A stretch of DNA of 64,000 bases from an uncultured Verrucomicrobiota bacterium (GCA_964555645.1 CAZKTA010000002.1:226016-290015); one strand, 5' to 3'; counted from the first letter of the stretch, positions 8,165 to 17,992 are shown. A program made the numbers and translations. Notes: generated from the sequence alone by a model not told the origin.

Positions 8165-9865
8165 TCATGGCCCACCCGGCTGCTGCGCATGAGGATTATA
8201 TCGGGATAGCTTCGCTTCTATCTCCGCGTTGTGTTCAAGTTCGAGTGATTTGCGCCATGCCTCGAGCGCCTTTTCGCGCTGGCCGAGAGTAATGTAGATG
8301 TCGCCAAGGTGGTCGAAGATCGTTGGGTCGGGTTTCTCGGACAGTTCAACTGCACGTAAAATGTACTTAAGTGCTTGCCGCGGACGGTTTTGTTTGAACA
8401 ACACCCACCCGAGGCTGTCTAGATAAGCTGCGTTGGTGGGATCAAGTTTAACTGCGCGCTCAATTAAAGCACGTGCTTCACGCAGGTTTTGACCGCGCTC
8501 AGCCCATATGTACCCGAGGTAGTTGAGTGCTTCAGCAAAATCTGGTGTGGCTGCGATTGCTTTTTTGAAATAGGAAACAGCCTGGTCAAACTGGCCGTTG
8601 CGTTCATATGCCGCACCGAGCTGAAAACACAGTAACGCATTTGTGCTACGTGGTTCTGCAGCCGCCGCTAACTTTTCAGCAGCAATGTAATGTTCAATTG
8701 CCTGCGCGTATTTTTTTTGCTGGGCATACGCCAGCCCAGTGAAGTACTCGATTGCGAACTTGTCGCCAAATCGCGCCCGCGCTTTTGCAAGTGTCTCAAG
8801 TGCAGCGGCTGGCTGTTCGGCTGTAAGCTGTGCGCGCACCAGTTCGTAATAGGCCTGTTCAAAATCCGGTCCAAACAACACTGCTTTTGCGAAGTACTCG
8901 GCCGCACCGGCGGGGTTGTTGTTGCGCAAAGCGACTGTGCCAAGCCAAAAGTAGGGCGTCGGGTCAGCCGGCTGATCAAGGGCAATAGCCTCGAGGTATT
9001 CGATAGCGTTTGTGGTATCGCCGAGCCGCAAGCATTGCTCGGCCATTTTTGCCCGAACGGTATTGCGCAACCCCGGAAACTCACGATAAAAACCAAACAA
9101 GTTCTTGTACAAAGCCAACGCGCGCGCCGGTTCATTCAGCAGTGCGAACCCATCGGCAATTTTGAGTTGTGTGTGAGGGTTTATCGGTTTCAGTTCAACC
9201 GCCTTTTCCAATGCACTCAACGCAGATTTCCGCGCTTGGTTTGCGCGTGCCCGATGTCGCTGTGCGTAGGTGGTATAAAGCTCGGCCAACTCAACGTAAA
9301 ATTCGGCCCTTTTGACTTTCTGTTGCAAAGCTCGGTCGAGCACATGGCCGGCTTTTGCAAATCGTCCTTCGCGTAGCAGCAACAGGAAAAGATTCCGCGT
9401 GACCACGATTGATTCTGGCGCTTTTGCAAGTGCGATTCGGTACGATTCTTCTGCTAGTTTGGCTTTACCGAGCTGCGCATAGGTTGAACCAAGCTGTGTG
9501 TCAAGATCGGCTGAACAGACCCTGCTTGCAGCCGCGTTAGTAAGAATCCGCAGCGCTTTAAGCGGTTGGTCACGTTGCATGTATTGCTGGGCGACTTCGA
9601 GTGCGAGCGCTTCATTTTCCGGATCCAACAGTGCAGCCTGTGCAAAATGTTCAAGTGCACCCTCATTGTCGTCTTTCATTCGCAGCAAAACGCCAGTTGC
9701 GTAATGCGCATGAGCCTTGGCAACTTGCTCAACAGACAACGATGTCGCAGGCCGACCGCGGTCAACTGCACCAGGTTTTCGTGGTGTGGACACGGTTTTG
9801 CAGCCGGTGATGACTCCCAGAACGAGAATCAAACCAACCCCCACCGTTAACCATCGGAAAAGCAT
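8165..9865 (-). CDS. TPR-repeat lipoprotein
   Basis: The ORF is 8165..9934. An internal ATG at 9865 gives MLFRWLTVGVGLILVLGVITGCKT, a lipobox-like signal. The rest is a series of TPR-like A/L/Y-rich repeats. Confidence 0.8.
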   Translation of the reverse strand: MLFRWLTVGVGLILVLGVITGCKTVSTPRKPGAVDRGRPATSLSVEQVAKAHAHYATGVLLRMKDDNEGALEHFAQAALLDPENEALALEVAQQYMQRDQPLKALRILTNAAASRVCSADLDTQLGSTYAQLGKAKLAEESYRIALAKAPESIVVTRNLFLLLLREGRFAKAGHVLDRALQQKVKRAEFYVELAELYTTYAQRHRARANQARKSALSALEKAVELKPINPHTQLKIADGFALLNEPARALALYKNLFGFYREFPGLRNTVRAKMAEQCLRLGDTTNAIEYLEAIALDQPADPTPYFWLGTVALRNNNPAGAAEYFAKAVLFGPDFEQAYYELVRAQLTAEQPAAALETLAKARARFGDKFAIEYFTGLAYAQQKKYAQAIEHYIAAEKLAAAAEPRSTNALLCFQLGAAYERNGQFDQAVSYFKKAIAATPDFAEALNYLGYIWAERGQNLREARALIERAVKLDPTNAAYLDSLGWVLFKQNRPRQALKYILRAVELSEKPDPTIFDHLGDIYITLGQREKALEAWRKSLELEHNAEIEAKLSRYNPHAQQPGGP

Positions 9866-9959
9866 GGTCACAAAAAAATACTTCCTGCGCCGTCGGCCTG
9901 GCGCAAATCTCACCAACCGGCGGCGCAGAAACATCCTTTGGTCTGGAACGACTTGGCAG

Positions 9960-10061
9960 TTACTTCTGCCAGGTGCGTTTCTTGTGCCGATGCATGCGCC
10001 GTTTTTTGCGGCGTTTATGTTTGTTGATCTTTGCCTTACGACGTTTTTTGAGTGATCCCAT
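9960..10061 (-). CDS. Small basic protein resembling ribosomal protein bS22 (AURKAIP1/COX24-like)
   Basis: It is below the ORF-track size cutoff. My translation is MGSLKKRRKAKINKHKRRKKRRMHRHKKRTWQK (33 aa). As I recall them, actinobacterial and Bacteroidetes bS22 proteins are similar in length and begin MGS(V/L).KKRRK. The ORF fits exactly between hisG and the TPR gene on the same strand. Confidence 0.65.
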   Translation of the reverse strand: MGSLKKRRKAKINKHKRRKKRRMHRHKKRTWQK

Positions 10062-10072
10062 ATTTTAGCTGG

Positions 10073-10948
10073 TCAATATACAACCTTGTTAAGCGGATAT
10101 TCAATAATTCCCTCTGCGCCAGCGGCTTTGAGCTTCGGAATGATCTCGCGCACGATGTGCTCGTCAATGACGGTCTCGACTGCCACCCAACCTTTCTGGC
10201 TGAGGCTTGAGATGGTTGGCCTGCGCAAAGCAGGGAGATCGGCAAGTAACTTTTGCAGATTTTTCTCTGCGACGTTCATTTTCAGGCCGACCTTAGCCTC
10301 TGCTTCAAGCGCGCCTTTCAACAGCAACGCAAGTGTCTCAATTTTTTGTCGTTTCCATTTATCGCGCCAGGCGCTTCGGTTGGCTATGAGCCGCGGGGTC
10401 GAAACCAACAGTGTGTCAACTATGCGCAGGTTATGCGCCCGCAACGAAGAACCGGTCTCAGTCAGCTCAACAATTGCATCCACTAACTCGTGCGCCTTGA
10501 CCTCGGTTGCGCCCCACGAAAACTCGACTTCGGCACTGACACCGTGTTTACGCAGGTATTTCTTGGTGAGATTGACGACTTCGGTTGCAATGCGTTTGCC
10601 CTGGAGGTCTTTGACGGTTTTGATTGGTGAATTTTCTGGTACGGCTAACACCCACCGTGCAGGTTGCCGCGTTGCCTTGCTAAATCGCAATTCACACACC
10701 TCATGCACATCTGAACCATTCTCGACTATCCAGTCGTGCCCTGTAATCCCACAATCCAAGTAACCGTGTTCAACGTACCGGCTTATCTCTTGGGCGCGAA
10801 TCAACCGTACCTCAAGTTCAGAATCGTCAACGTACGGCGTGTAGGAGCGTTCACTGACTTGGATCGCAAACCCTGCCTTGGCCATCCGTTGGATGGTCGC
10901 TTCCTGCAAACTGCCTTTAGGCAAACCGAATCTGAGTTTCTTGGCCAT
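10073..10948 (-). CDS. hisG: ATP phosphoribosyltransferase (long form)
   Basis: The 291 aa product begins [27 protein letters not shown], and its length is consistent with the long form that includes the C-terminal regulatory domain. Confidence 0.9.
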   Translation of the reverse strand: MAKKLRFGLPKGSLQEATIQRMAKAGFAIQVSERSYTPYVDDSELEVRLIRAQEISRYVEHGYLDCGITGHDWIVENGSDVHEVCELRFSKATRQPARWVLAVPENSPIKTVKDLQGKRIATEVVNLTKKYLRKHGVSAEVEFSWGATEVKAHELVDAIVELTETGSSLRAHNLRIVDTLLVSTPRLIANRSAWRDKWKRQKIETLALLLKGALEAEAKVGLKMNVAEKNLQKLLADLPALRRPTISSLSQKGWVAVETVIDEHIVREIIPKLKAAGAEGIIEYPLNKVVY

Positions 10949-11093
10949 TGTTGTGATTGCTAAGCCTCGGAATTGATGAAACGTTCAACCGCAAAACACC
11001 TGCTGCTTTCGGGGCTGAATCGTCAAAATGTCACTGTTCATCGTTTAACCGGCCCAGGATCTACTCCATTCAACCGTTCAGCAGCTAAACGTT

Positions 11094-11243
11094 TTACTGC
11101 GTTAAGTCAAATCCCATTTCATTCCTCAAAGCACACTTTGCACGCGCACGCGAATATTTCTTTGCCGACTCTTTGATGCGCGTGACGGGATTGATTTTCC
11201 ATGTTCGGCGTGCCAAAGCCAACTTTTTCTTGCGAATGCACAC
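11094..11243 (-). CDS. Possible small basic protein (49 aa from GTG; the alternative TTG at 11222 gives 42 aa)
   Basis: This is the in-frame tail of ORF 11094..11312, lying just downstream of the purN stop. Sequence: (M)CIRKKKLALARRTWKINPVTRIKESAKKYSRARAKCALRNEMGFDLTQ. I recognise no family, so support is limited to position and composition. Confidence 0.25.
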   Translation of the reverse strand: MCIRKKKLALARRTWKINPVTRIKESAKKYSRARAKCALRNEMGFDLTQ

Positions 11244-11257
11244 GGCACAAAAGTATG

Positions 11258-11920
11258 TCACGACACGCCAATGATGTACCGCTGAGCTGGCTCGATCCCA
11301 CCCGTGCGCCAAAACACACGCCTACCGCGAACCTCAAGTTCACCACGTGCAATCGCGGCAATGCAGCGCGGATAAAGCTCATGCTCAGCTAACTGGATCC
11401 GCCGATGCAATGTTTCTGAGGTGTCATTATCCAACACAGGCACGGCGATTTGCCCGATAATCGGGCCAGTATCCACTCCTGCATCTACGAAATGCACTGT
11501 ACAGCCTGTGACTTTGACCCCGTGCTCGAGCGCTTGTTTCCATGCTTCAAGCCCGGGGAATGCAGGCAAAAGCGAAGGATGTATGTTCACGATCCGGCCC
11601 GGAAACGAATTCAGGAAATGTTCCTTCAATACCCGCATGAACCCCGCCAGCACAACAAGGTCAACCTGCGCATCACACAACGCTTGTACATAAGCACGCT
11701 CGGCATCCTCATCGAGCTTTGTGCGAAACTTGCCAGGCGGAATGTATCTGGCTTGTATGCTACGGATACGTGCGTGTTCCAAAATACCCGCATCAGGCAC
11801 ATCGCTCAAAACAAGTGCTACCTCAGCAGGCACATGCCCGGCTGCGCACGCCTCGGCAACTGCAACAAAGTTTGATCCTTTGCCAGAGCCGAGTACGCCT
11901 AGTCTAAATTTTCGGTTCAC
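11258..11920 (-). CDS. purN: Phosphoribosylglycinamide formyltransferase
   Basis: It has LGVLGSGKGSNF at the N-terminus and the formyltransferase motif NIHPSLLPAFPG. Confidence 0.9.
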   Translation of the reverse strand: MNRKFRLGVLGSGKGSNFVAVAEACAAGHVPAEVALVLSDVPDAGILEHARIRSIQARYIPPGKFRTKLDEDAERAYVQALCDAQVDLVVLAGFMRVLKEHFLNSFPGRIVNIHPSLLPAFPGLEAWKQALEHGVKVTGCTVHFVDAGVDTGPIIGQIAVPVLDNDTSETLHRRIQLAEHELYPRCIAAIARGELEVRGRRVFWRTGGIEPAQRYIIGVS

Positions 11921-12017
11921 AGCACTTTCTTACAAACGTGCATGCCTGCACCGCAAGCTATTTGATTCGTAAGCCTGCTACGGAGGCAATCAAATCCTTG
12001 GCGACCCGACGTGATTA

Positions 12018-13538
12018 GTGTTTCATTTTGGGCAGGTTATGGACGTCAACAACACGAACACTAACACAGATTGCAGCGGGCCGGCCCAACATCGGCCATT
12101 GGAAACGTTAATTGAACTGCGCAAGGCCAAGCTCGCAGCCTTGTATAAACGTGGTATTGACCCATTCAAGAACAAGTTTACGCCAACCGCGACTTGCGCA
12201 CAGGCTCGCGCCCATTATGCCGAGGGCAAACAGGTTGCACTAGCGGGCCGCATAACAGCGCACCGTGACATGGGCAAAAGCATGTTTGTTGACATTCGTG
12301 ACCAGAGCGGGCGCATCCAGCTTTATGCGCAAAAAAACATGCTTGGCGAAGACCAGTTCGAGCTATTCAAGCATCTTGACTTGGGCGATTTCATCGGTGC
12401 TCAAGGCACAATGTTCACCACCAAAACCGGTGAGATTTCAGTTCGGATAACTTCGTTTGTCATACTGGCAAAGGCACTTCGCCCGCCCCCAGCCAAGTGG
12501 CATGGACTGGAAGACACCGAGGTGCGGTACCGACAACGGTATCTTGACTTGATGGCCAACTCCGAAGTGCTGGACTTGTTCCTGAAACGGTCGCAAATCG
12601 TGTGGGAAATCCGCAACTTTCTGCATGCACGCGGGTTCGTTGAAGTGGAAACGCCGGTGTTACAGTCTATTCCGGGCGGCGCAGCAGCAAAACCGTTCGT
12701 GACGCATCATCATGCGCTCGATTGTGATTTTTACCTGCGCATTGCACTGGAGCTACCGCTCAAGCGACTGCTTGTTGGTGGTATGGATAAAGTCTTCGAG
12801 ATCGGACGCGTGTTTCGCAACGAAGGCATATCGCGTAAACATAGCCCCGAGTTTACGATGCTCGAGGCATATCAGGCATACGCAGACTACGAAACGATGA
12901 TGCAGCTAGTGCAGGGCTTGGTATGTCACGTGGCTGAAAAAGTCTTCGGCACACTCGTGCTCGAGCATAAAGACGCAAATGGCAACGTCGTTAAAACCAT
13001 AGACTTGCGTCCCCCTTGGCGTCGTGTACGGTACAAGGACCTCGTGCGTGAACGCGCCGGGGCTGACTGGTTCGACATCTCGCCCGCTGAAAGGCGCGCG
13101 CGTGCGATTGCGCTCGGGGCCGAGATCGGACCCGAGTACGAAGATTTCGAAGTCACACATGCAGTGTTTGAAAAGCTTATCGAGCCAACGCTCATTCAGC
13201 CGACGTTTGTGACGCACGCTTTGAAGGAATTGATCCCGCTGGCAAAGACCTCTCCCGACGATCCCTCCACCGTCGAGGTGTTCGAATGCTGCATTAACGG
13301 CCAGGAAATCGCACCCGCTTACACAGAACAAAACGACCCGATCGAACAACGGCAACGACTCGAGCAACAAGCCGGCGGCGAACGCCAAAAACTCGATGAA
13401 GATTTCTTGGTTGCACTCGAGCATGGCATGCCACCTGCCGGCGGCATGGGCATGGGCATTGACAGATTGTGCATGATGTTTCTAGGCGCCGACAGCATCC
13501 GCGACGTTATCCTGTTCCCACAGTTAAAGCCGAAATAA
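12018..13538 (+). CDS. lysS: Lysine--tRNA ligase (class II)
   Basis: The 506 aa product has an OB anticodon-binding region followed by class II motifs (FRNEGISRKHSPEFTMLEAY and GMGMGIDRLCMMF). The start may instead be the Met at 12039. Confidence 0.93.
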   Translation: MFHFGQVMDVNNTNTNTDCSGPAQHRPLETLIELRKAKLAALYKRGIDPFKNKFTPTATCAQARAHYAEGKQVALAGRITAHRDMGKSMFVDIRDQSGRIQLYAQKNMLGEDQFELFKHLDLGDFIGAQGTMFTTKTGEISVRITSFVILAKALRPPPAKWHGLEDTEVRYRQRYLDLMANSEVLDLFLKRSQIVWEIRNFLHARGFVEVETPVLQSIPGGAAAKPFVTHHHALDCDFYLRIALELPLKRLLVGGMDKVFEIGRVFRNEGISRKHSPEFTMLEAYQAYADYETMMQLVQGLVCHVAEKVFGTLVLEHKDANGNVVKTIDLRPPWRRVRYKDLVRERAGADWFDISPAERRARAIALGAEIGPEYEDFEVTHAVFEKLIEPTLIQPTFVTHALKELIPLAKTSPDDPSTVEVFECCINGQEIAPAYTEQNDPIEQRQRLEQQAGGERQKLDEDFLVALEHGMPPAGGMGMGIDRLCMMFLGADSIRDVILFPQLKPK

Positions 13539-13596
13539 AATCAAAGTGGCTACGTGCATCTTTCACAAACGCAGTCAAACAGAAAAATCGGCTGGG

Positions 13597-13620
13597 GGCC
13601 GGCTTATACGATCCGGCCCA
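13597..13620. terminator. GC hairpin flanked by A/T runs between lysS and element copy B
   Basis: The hairpin is GGGCCGG-N10-CCGGCCC. On the plus strand it has A5 before and A8 after; on the minus strand this reads T8 before and T5 eight nt after. Geometry is imperfect for either strand. Confidence 0.3.
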
Positions 13621-13757
13621 AAAAAAACTTTGTGGATGTTTTAGGCAAGCCGCCATAAAGCACATACCGACGGTGTGTGCTCACCAAAACTTTGCCGAAA
13701 ATAGGTGTGCTGCACAATCCCAAGGACAGTTAAAGCGAAACGACACACGGATGTTAC

Positions 13758-14042
13758 ACCAGGTTTCGGTTTGGGATTGGCTCATTGCCAAAAGATAGAG
13801 CACAAACTACTTGCGCACTGTTGGTTGAGCAGCATGCAGGCCGCTGCCGATCCCATTTAACCTGAAAAACTGGGTTGTGAAGCGCAACCGTCCTACGCCT
13901 ACGGCAGAACCGCTGGAGAAGTGCTTGGCTGTGCGTGCCCGCATGCAGAGAGGCCTTGTGTCCGGCTCCTTTCCGGGCAGTATGCTGGCCGTTTCGGGAA
14001 CAGGTTCGTGCCGCTGCTGTTTTGCGCAAGGGCGCGCAAAAC
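13758..14042 (-). repeat. Conserved intergenic element, copy B (inverted relative to copy A)
   Basis: Its reverse complement aligns block by block with 7603..7862. The GTTTTGCGC/GCGCAAAAC hairpin lies at 14019..14042 and the TCATTGCCAAAAG block at 13782..13794. It starts about 100 nt downstream of the sodA stop on the same strand. Confidence 0.7.
13865..13889 (-). terminator. Terminator-like hairpin inside element copy B
   Basis: On the minus strand GGTTG-cgcttca-CAACC is followed by CAGTTTTTC. The stem is only 5 bp, so this is weak on its own. It is notable because it is positionally equivalent to the copy A hairpin. Confidence 0.3.
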
Positions 14043-14143
14043 AGTTGTACCACATACCATGCCCGTGGATTTGCCGGGCTTGGCACCTAAAGAAGCCTAA
14101 ACGAACAAACGGTGAACGCTTTTAGTTGAAACCGACAGTCAGT

Positions 14144-14782
14144 TCAGCCAAGGCCTTTTGCGGCTTGATAATACTTGGCAACAGTTGACCAGTTCACCAC
14201 GTTCCACCATGCCTTGAGGAACTCGCCGCGCCGATTCTGGTATTTCAAATAGTAAGCGTGTTCCCACACGTCGCACACCATGATCGGTTTGCCTTCGCAT
14301 CCAGCAATAGTCAGGCCCATGATCGGCGAGTCGTGATTAGGTGTGGACGCAATCTCAAGTCTGCCGGCTTTATTGACAAACAGCCATACCCAGCCGCTGC
14401 CGAACCGGGCGAGGCCTTCAGCCTCGAATTTTTCCTTGAAGGCATCCAAACTTCCAAATGTAGCTTTGATATCCTCCGCTAATGGGCCAGTAGGACTGCC
14501 CCCAGCGTTTGGCCCCATGACATTCCAAAACAACGTGTGTGCATAGTGGCCGCCGCCGTTGTTCCGCACCGCAGTGCGAATCTTTTCTGGCACGGAACTG
14601 AGGTCACTCAAGATTGCCTCGATTGATTTGCTTTCGAGCTCGGGATTACCCGCAATTGCTTTGTTGAGATTTGCCACATACGCGGCGTGGTGTTTACCGT
14701 GATGGATTTCCATCGTCATTGCGTCTATGTACGGCTCTAGCGCAGTTTTGTCGTATGGTAATGGAGCTAGTTCGAATGCCAT
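14144..14782 (-). CDS. sodA: Superoxide dismutase (Fe/Mn family, Mn-type signature)
   Basis: It has [23 protein letters not shown] (the GGH form typical of Mn-SOD) and [15 protein letters not shown]. Confidence 0.9.
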   Translation of the reverse strand: MAFELAPLPYDKTALEPYIDAMTMEIHHGKHHAAYVANLNKAIAGNPELESKSIEAILSDLSSVPEKIRTAVRNNGGGHYAHTLFWNVMGPNAGGSPTGPLAEDIKATFGSLDAFKEKFEAEGLARFGSGWVWLFVNKAGRLEIASTPNHDSPIMGLTIAGCEGKPIMVCDVWEHAYYLKYQNRRGEFLKAWWNVVNWSTVAKYYQAAKGLG

Positions 14783-14904
14783 AAGTCAATGCATCTTTGT
14801 TTTAGTTCTCGGTTCGGTGCAACAGGCCAAAAATGTGCCTGTTCCTTCAAAATTTTTTTAAAAAATAGCACGGACAATAGCCGACTGCAATGCGCGTATG
14901 CAGT

Positions 14905-15567
14905 TTACGTTTCGGCCCGCGCCGCTGCCTGAGCGAGTTCAACAAAATTTTTCAACAGTTGCAGACCGACACTCTGGCTTTTCTCAGGATGAAATTGCAC
15001 AGCATACACATTCCGGTACCACACCGCAGACGCAAACACATCCCCGTAAACGGTCCTGCCAACCACAATGTCCTTGTCACCTGGCTTAGGGTAAAAACTG
15101 TGTACAAAATAGAAGTAGCTGCGATCCGGGATGCGCCTGAATAGCGGACAATCTGGCTTCAGAATTTCCACCTGATTCCAACCAATCTGTGGCACCTTCA
15201 GCCCTGCGCGGTCGGTGAACCTGACGACCTTCCCGTTGAAATACCCGAAACCTGGCGCTGTGCTGTTGAATTCTTCACTTCGCTCAAATAACAGTTGGTA
15301 TCCGACGCAAATACCGAGAAATAACCCGCCTGCTTGAATGAATTGCTTGCAAGCATCGAACAAGTTTTGCCTGGCTAACCCGCCAACGCAATCGTCAAAT
15401 GCGCCTACGCCAGGTAAAACAACCGCCTGTGCACGGCCGAGTTGCGCCGGGGCAGTAACAAGTTCAACCTGTGCCCCAACTGCGACCAGCGCACGATGTA
15501 CACTGCGCAGGTTCCCTGCACCGTAATCAATCAGCGCAATCACGGCTAACACCTGACAAATTGGCAA
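14905..15567 (-). CDS. hisH: Imidazole glycerol phosphate synthase, glutaminase subunit
   Basis: It has IALIDYGAGNLRSV, VLPGVGAF, the catalytic Cys in GICVGYQLL, and YFVHSFY. Confidence 0.9.
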   Translation of the reverse strand: MPICQVLAVIALIDYGAGNLRSVHRALVAVGAQVELVTAPAQLGRAQAVVLPGVGAFDDCVGGLARQNLFDACKQFIQAGGLFLGICVGYQLLFERSEEFNSTAPGFGYFNGKVVRFTDRAGLKVPQIGWNQVEILKPDCPLFRRIPDRSYFYFVHSFYPKPGDKDIVVGRTVYGDVFASAVWYRNVYAVQFHPEKSQSVGLQLLKNFVELAQAAARAET

Positions 15568-15589
15568 CTACAACCTGTTGCCGATGGTC

Positions 15590-16348
15590 TCATCCGAGCT
15601 GTTGCAGCGCAGCCACAGTCAGTTGGTACACTTCCTCAGGGGAGCCATCGGCAGGAATGCTGATCAACAGACCCACCTGCTTATAGTACTCGATCAGAGG
15701 CGCGGTGCTTTTCTGGTACACGTCAAGTCGAACGCGGATGGCCTCCGGTCTGTCATCATCGCGAATGATGAGTTGTGTACCGCAGTTGTCACAGACGCCC
15801 TCAACACGCGGCTTGCGTGTTCGGATGTGGAACACGGCTTTGCACTTCGGACAGGTGCGCCGGCCACTCAGGCGTGCTACGATCAATTCAACCGGCGATT
15901 CCAAATTCAAGACCGCATCCAACTTTAGTCGTTCAGCCGATAACATTTGCTCGAGTGCTTCGGCCTGGGGCACGGTGCGCGGGAAACCGTCCAGTAGAAA
16001 CCCGGTCGGCCATCGCAAACAATGCACCCGCTCGCGCACCAGCGCAATCACGGTGTCATCAGGCACAAGTTCGCCCCGTTGCATGTAATCGAGCGCTTCC
16101 TTCAGCGCCGGGCTGAGCATGGCTGGATCAAACGCTTTAGCTGCGCGGAAAATGTCGCCTGTGGCAAGATGACACGGCCCGAGCCGCGCGCTTAGCAGCT
16201 CGGCTTGTGTACCTTTGCCCACCCCAGGCGCGCCCAGCAATACAAGCCGATACGCACGTTGTCCGGGCGGCACGGTCAGTTCGGGTTTGATATCGGTGGC
16301 TTCTAGCCACGACTTCAACCATGGCGCTTTGTCGCGTTGAACGTTCAT
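15590..16348 (-). CDS. adk: Adenylate kinase (zinc-lid type)
   Basis: The ORF is 15590..16516; I prefer the ATG at 16348. It has the P-loop LLGAPGVGKGTQA and a lid with CPKC...CDNC. The N-terminal extension relative to a typical Adk is uncertain. Confidence 0.85.
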   Translation of the reverse strand: MNVQRDKAPWLKSWLEATDIKPELTVPPGQRAYRLVLLGAPGVGKGTQAELLSARLGPCHLATGDIFRAAKAFDPAMLSPALKEALDYMQRGELVPDDTVIALVRERVHCLRWPTGFLLDGFPRTVPQAEALEQMLSAERLKLDAVLNLESPVELIVARLSGRRTCPKCKAVFHIRTRKPRVEGVCDNCGTQLIIRDDDRPEAIRVRLDVYQKSTAPLIEYYKQVGLLISIPADGSPEEVYQLTVAALQQLG

Positions 16349-16517
16349 AATTGCTCTTTGTTCATCAGTGTAAAAGCGGGGCAAGGCTCGACAAAACTCG
16401 CGCCGTGTGCAAGCTGTTTTTTGCATTGGGGCGGTCGTTGAAAGCTGAACAGAATAAAAAATCCGTCCAACAGCACCAAACTTCAAAATTGAAACATTCG
16501 CCGGCCCGGTTAGCATC

Positions 16518-17147
16518 TTGCCGATGAGTACGGCGGGTCATCGGGTCAGCCGTGCCACAATCGAGCACCTGCAGCAGTTGCGTGCGCTGTGGCAAGCGGC
16601 CGAACTGCCGGCGTGGGAACTGGAGAAACGACTCACCGAGTTTCAAGTGGTCGAAACTCAGGATGGGATCGTACTTGGTGCAGTTGGTCTGCAAATAGTC
16701 GACCGGCAGGGCAAGATCCATAGTGAAGCGTTCGCAGACCCGAGCTTGGCTGATGAACTGCGTTGGCTGTTGTGGGACCGGCTATCCTCGATCGCCCAAA
16801 ATTACGGCTTGGTACGGCTTTGGACACAAGAACGCGCGCCGTTTTGGCAAAAGGTGGGTATGGCACCGGCAACTATGGACGAATTAAAAAAGCTGCCTGC
16901 AGGTTGGAAAAGCCTGTATCCGCGCTGGTTGACAGTCCAGTTGCGAGACGAGGTAGCCGCAACCTCGTTGGACCGCGAATTTGCGTTGTTCGAGCAGGCC
17001 GAAAAACAACGCACTCAACGCATTCTTAAACAGGCGCGTGTGCTGCGTACAGTTGCCACGCTGATCGTAACAGTCCTGTTCCTTTTTGTACTTGCTGTGC
17101 TGATCCATCTTTTAACACAGCAAATGTCTTCGCAGCCTCAACCTTAA
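16518..17147 (+). CDS. Hypothetical protein, possibly a GNAT-like fold with a C-terminal transmembrane anchor
   Basis: The 209 aa product has a globular N-terminal part (..VLGAVGLQIVDRQGKIHSEAF..) and a C-terminal hydrophobic helix (LRTVATLIVTVLFLFVLAVLIHLL). I see no clear acetyl-CoA binding motif. Confidence 0.5.
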   Translation: MPMSTAGHRVSRATIEHLQQLRALWQAAELPAWELEKRLTEFQVVETQDGIVLGAVGLQIVDRQGKIHSEAFADPSLADELRWLLWDRLSSIAQNYGLVRLWTQERAPFWQKVGMAPATMDELKKLPAGWKSLYPRWLTVQLRDEVAATSLDREFALFEQAEKQRTQRILKQARVLRTVATLIVTVLFLFVLAVLIHLLTQQMSSQPQP

Positions 17148-17184
17148 CAAATGCACTATTCCAACCAAATAAACACGCCAGACA

Positions 17185-17973
17185 ATGCTTTCCGAAGACG
17201 CATTTTTTGATTTTACGTGCCCGTACTGCGGCTCGACACTGTCGTTTCCTGCGGCGAGTTCAGGGCGCCTCGTGTCTTGCACTGGGTGTGCCGAAGCAAT
17301 TATTGCCCCCGCTCAAGGTGGCACTGTAGCCGGCAAAATACCTGTGCCGATCCAGACAACACGCCTTGTTCTGCGCAGGTTCAAGCCGACCGACTGGAAA
17401 GACCTGCTGGCGTTGATGTCGAATGAGGATTTGTTCAAATACATCGAAGGCGGGCCGCTGACTGAAGAAGAGGTGCTGCGTTGGATCGAAAGTGATAGCT
17501 ACGTCAAACTCACTACGCGCGACCAGCCTTTCAATCTAGGTATTGAATTTGCCGAAACCGGCAAACTGATCGGGTGTTTAACTCTGAGATTCTTGCCTAC
17601 AAAATGGTTGTACGGTGGATTCGAAATTCAACCCAAACACCTTGCGCTTGAACCAACCGACTTCTTCGACCCGTACGCTGAGCAAGCACAACTGATGGTA
17701 TTTGTGCACCCGGCACATCAGAGAAAAGGTATTGCAACGGAAGCCGCCGAGGCAGCGCTCGAGTTTTGCTTTGGTGTTCTCAGTGTGCATCGTGTGATTG
17801 CAGAGTGCATTGCCGAAAACGTCGCTGCAATCAACCTGTGCGAGAAACTCGGCATGCGGTGCGAAGCCAAACACATTAAAGCGGCAGCCGTGCACTGCAA
17901 GTGGCACGACATGTTTACTTTCGCGCTGCTGTACGAAGAGTTCTTCGCGGGGCCTGAAAGCCAAGTACAGTAA
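17185..17973 (+). CDS. GNAT-family N-acetyltransferase (RimJ/RimL-like) with N-terminal zinc ribbon
   Basis: It has CPYCGS...CTGC near the N-terminus, then TTRLVLRRFKPTDWKDLLALMSNEDLFKYI and HPAHQRKGIATEAAEAALEFCF, typical of Acetyltransf_3 proteins. Confidence 0.75.
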   Translation: MLSEDAFFDFTCPYCGSTLSFPAASSGRLVSCTGCAEAIIAPAQGGTVAGKIPVPIQTTRLVLRRFKPTDWKDLLALMSNEDLFKYIEGGPLTEEEVLRWIESDSYVKLTTRDQPFNLGIEFAETGKLIGCLTLRFLPTKWLYGGFEIQPKHLALEPTDFFDPYAEQAQLMVFVHPAHQRKGIATEAAEAALEFCFGVLSVHRVIAECIAENVAAINLCEKLGMRCEAKHIKAAAVHCKWHDMFTFALLYEEFFAGPESQVQ

Positions 17974-17992
17974 ACGATCGCCCCACCCTCAG

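Noticed and set aside
7603-14042. The repeat pair as the template and variable repeats of a diversity-generating retroelement
   Set aside because: Mismatches between the copies are not adenine-specific (G/A, G/C, C/G and indels). Neither copy lies inside a gene, and no reverse transcriptase is present in the window.
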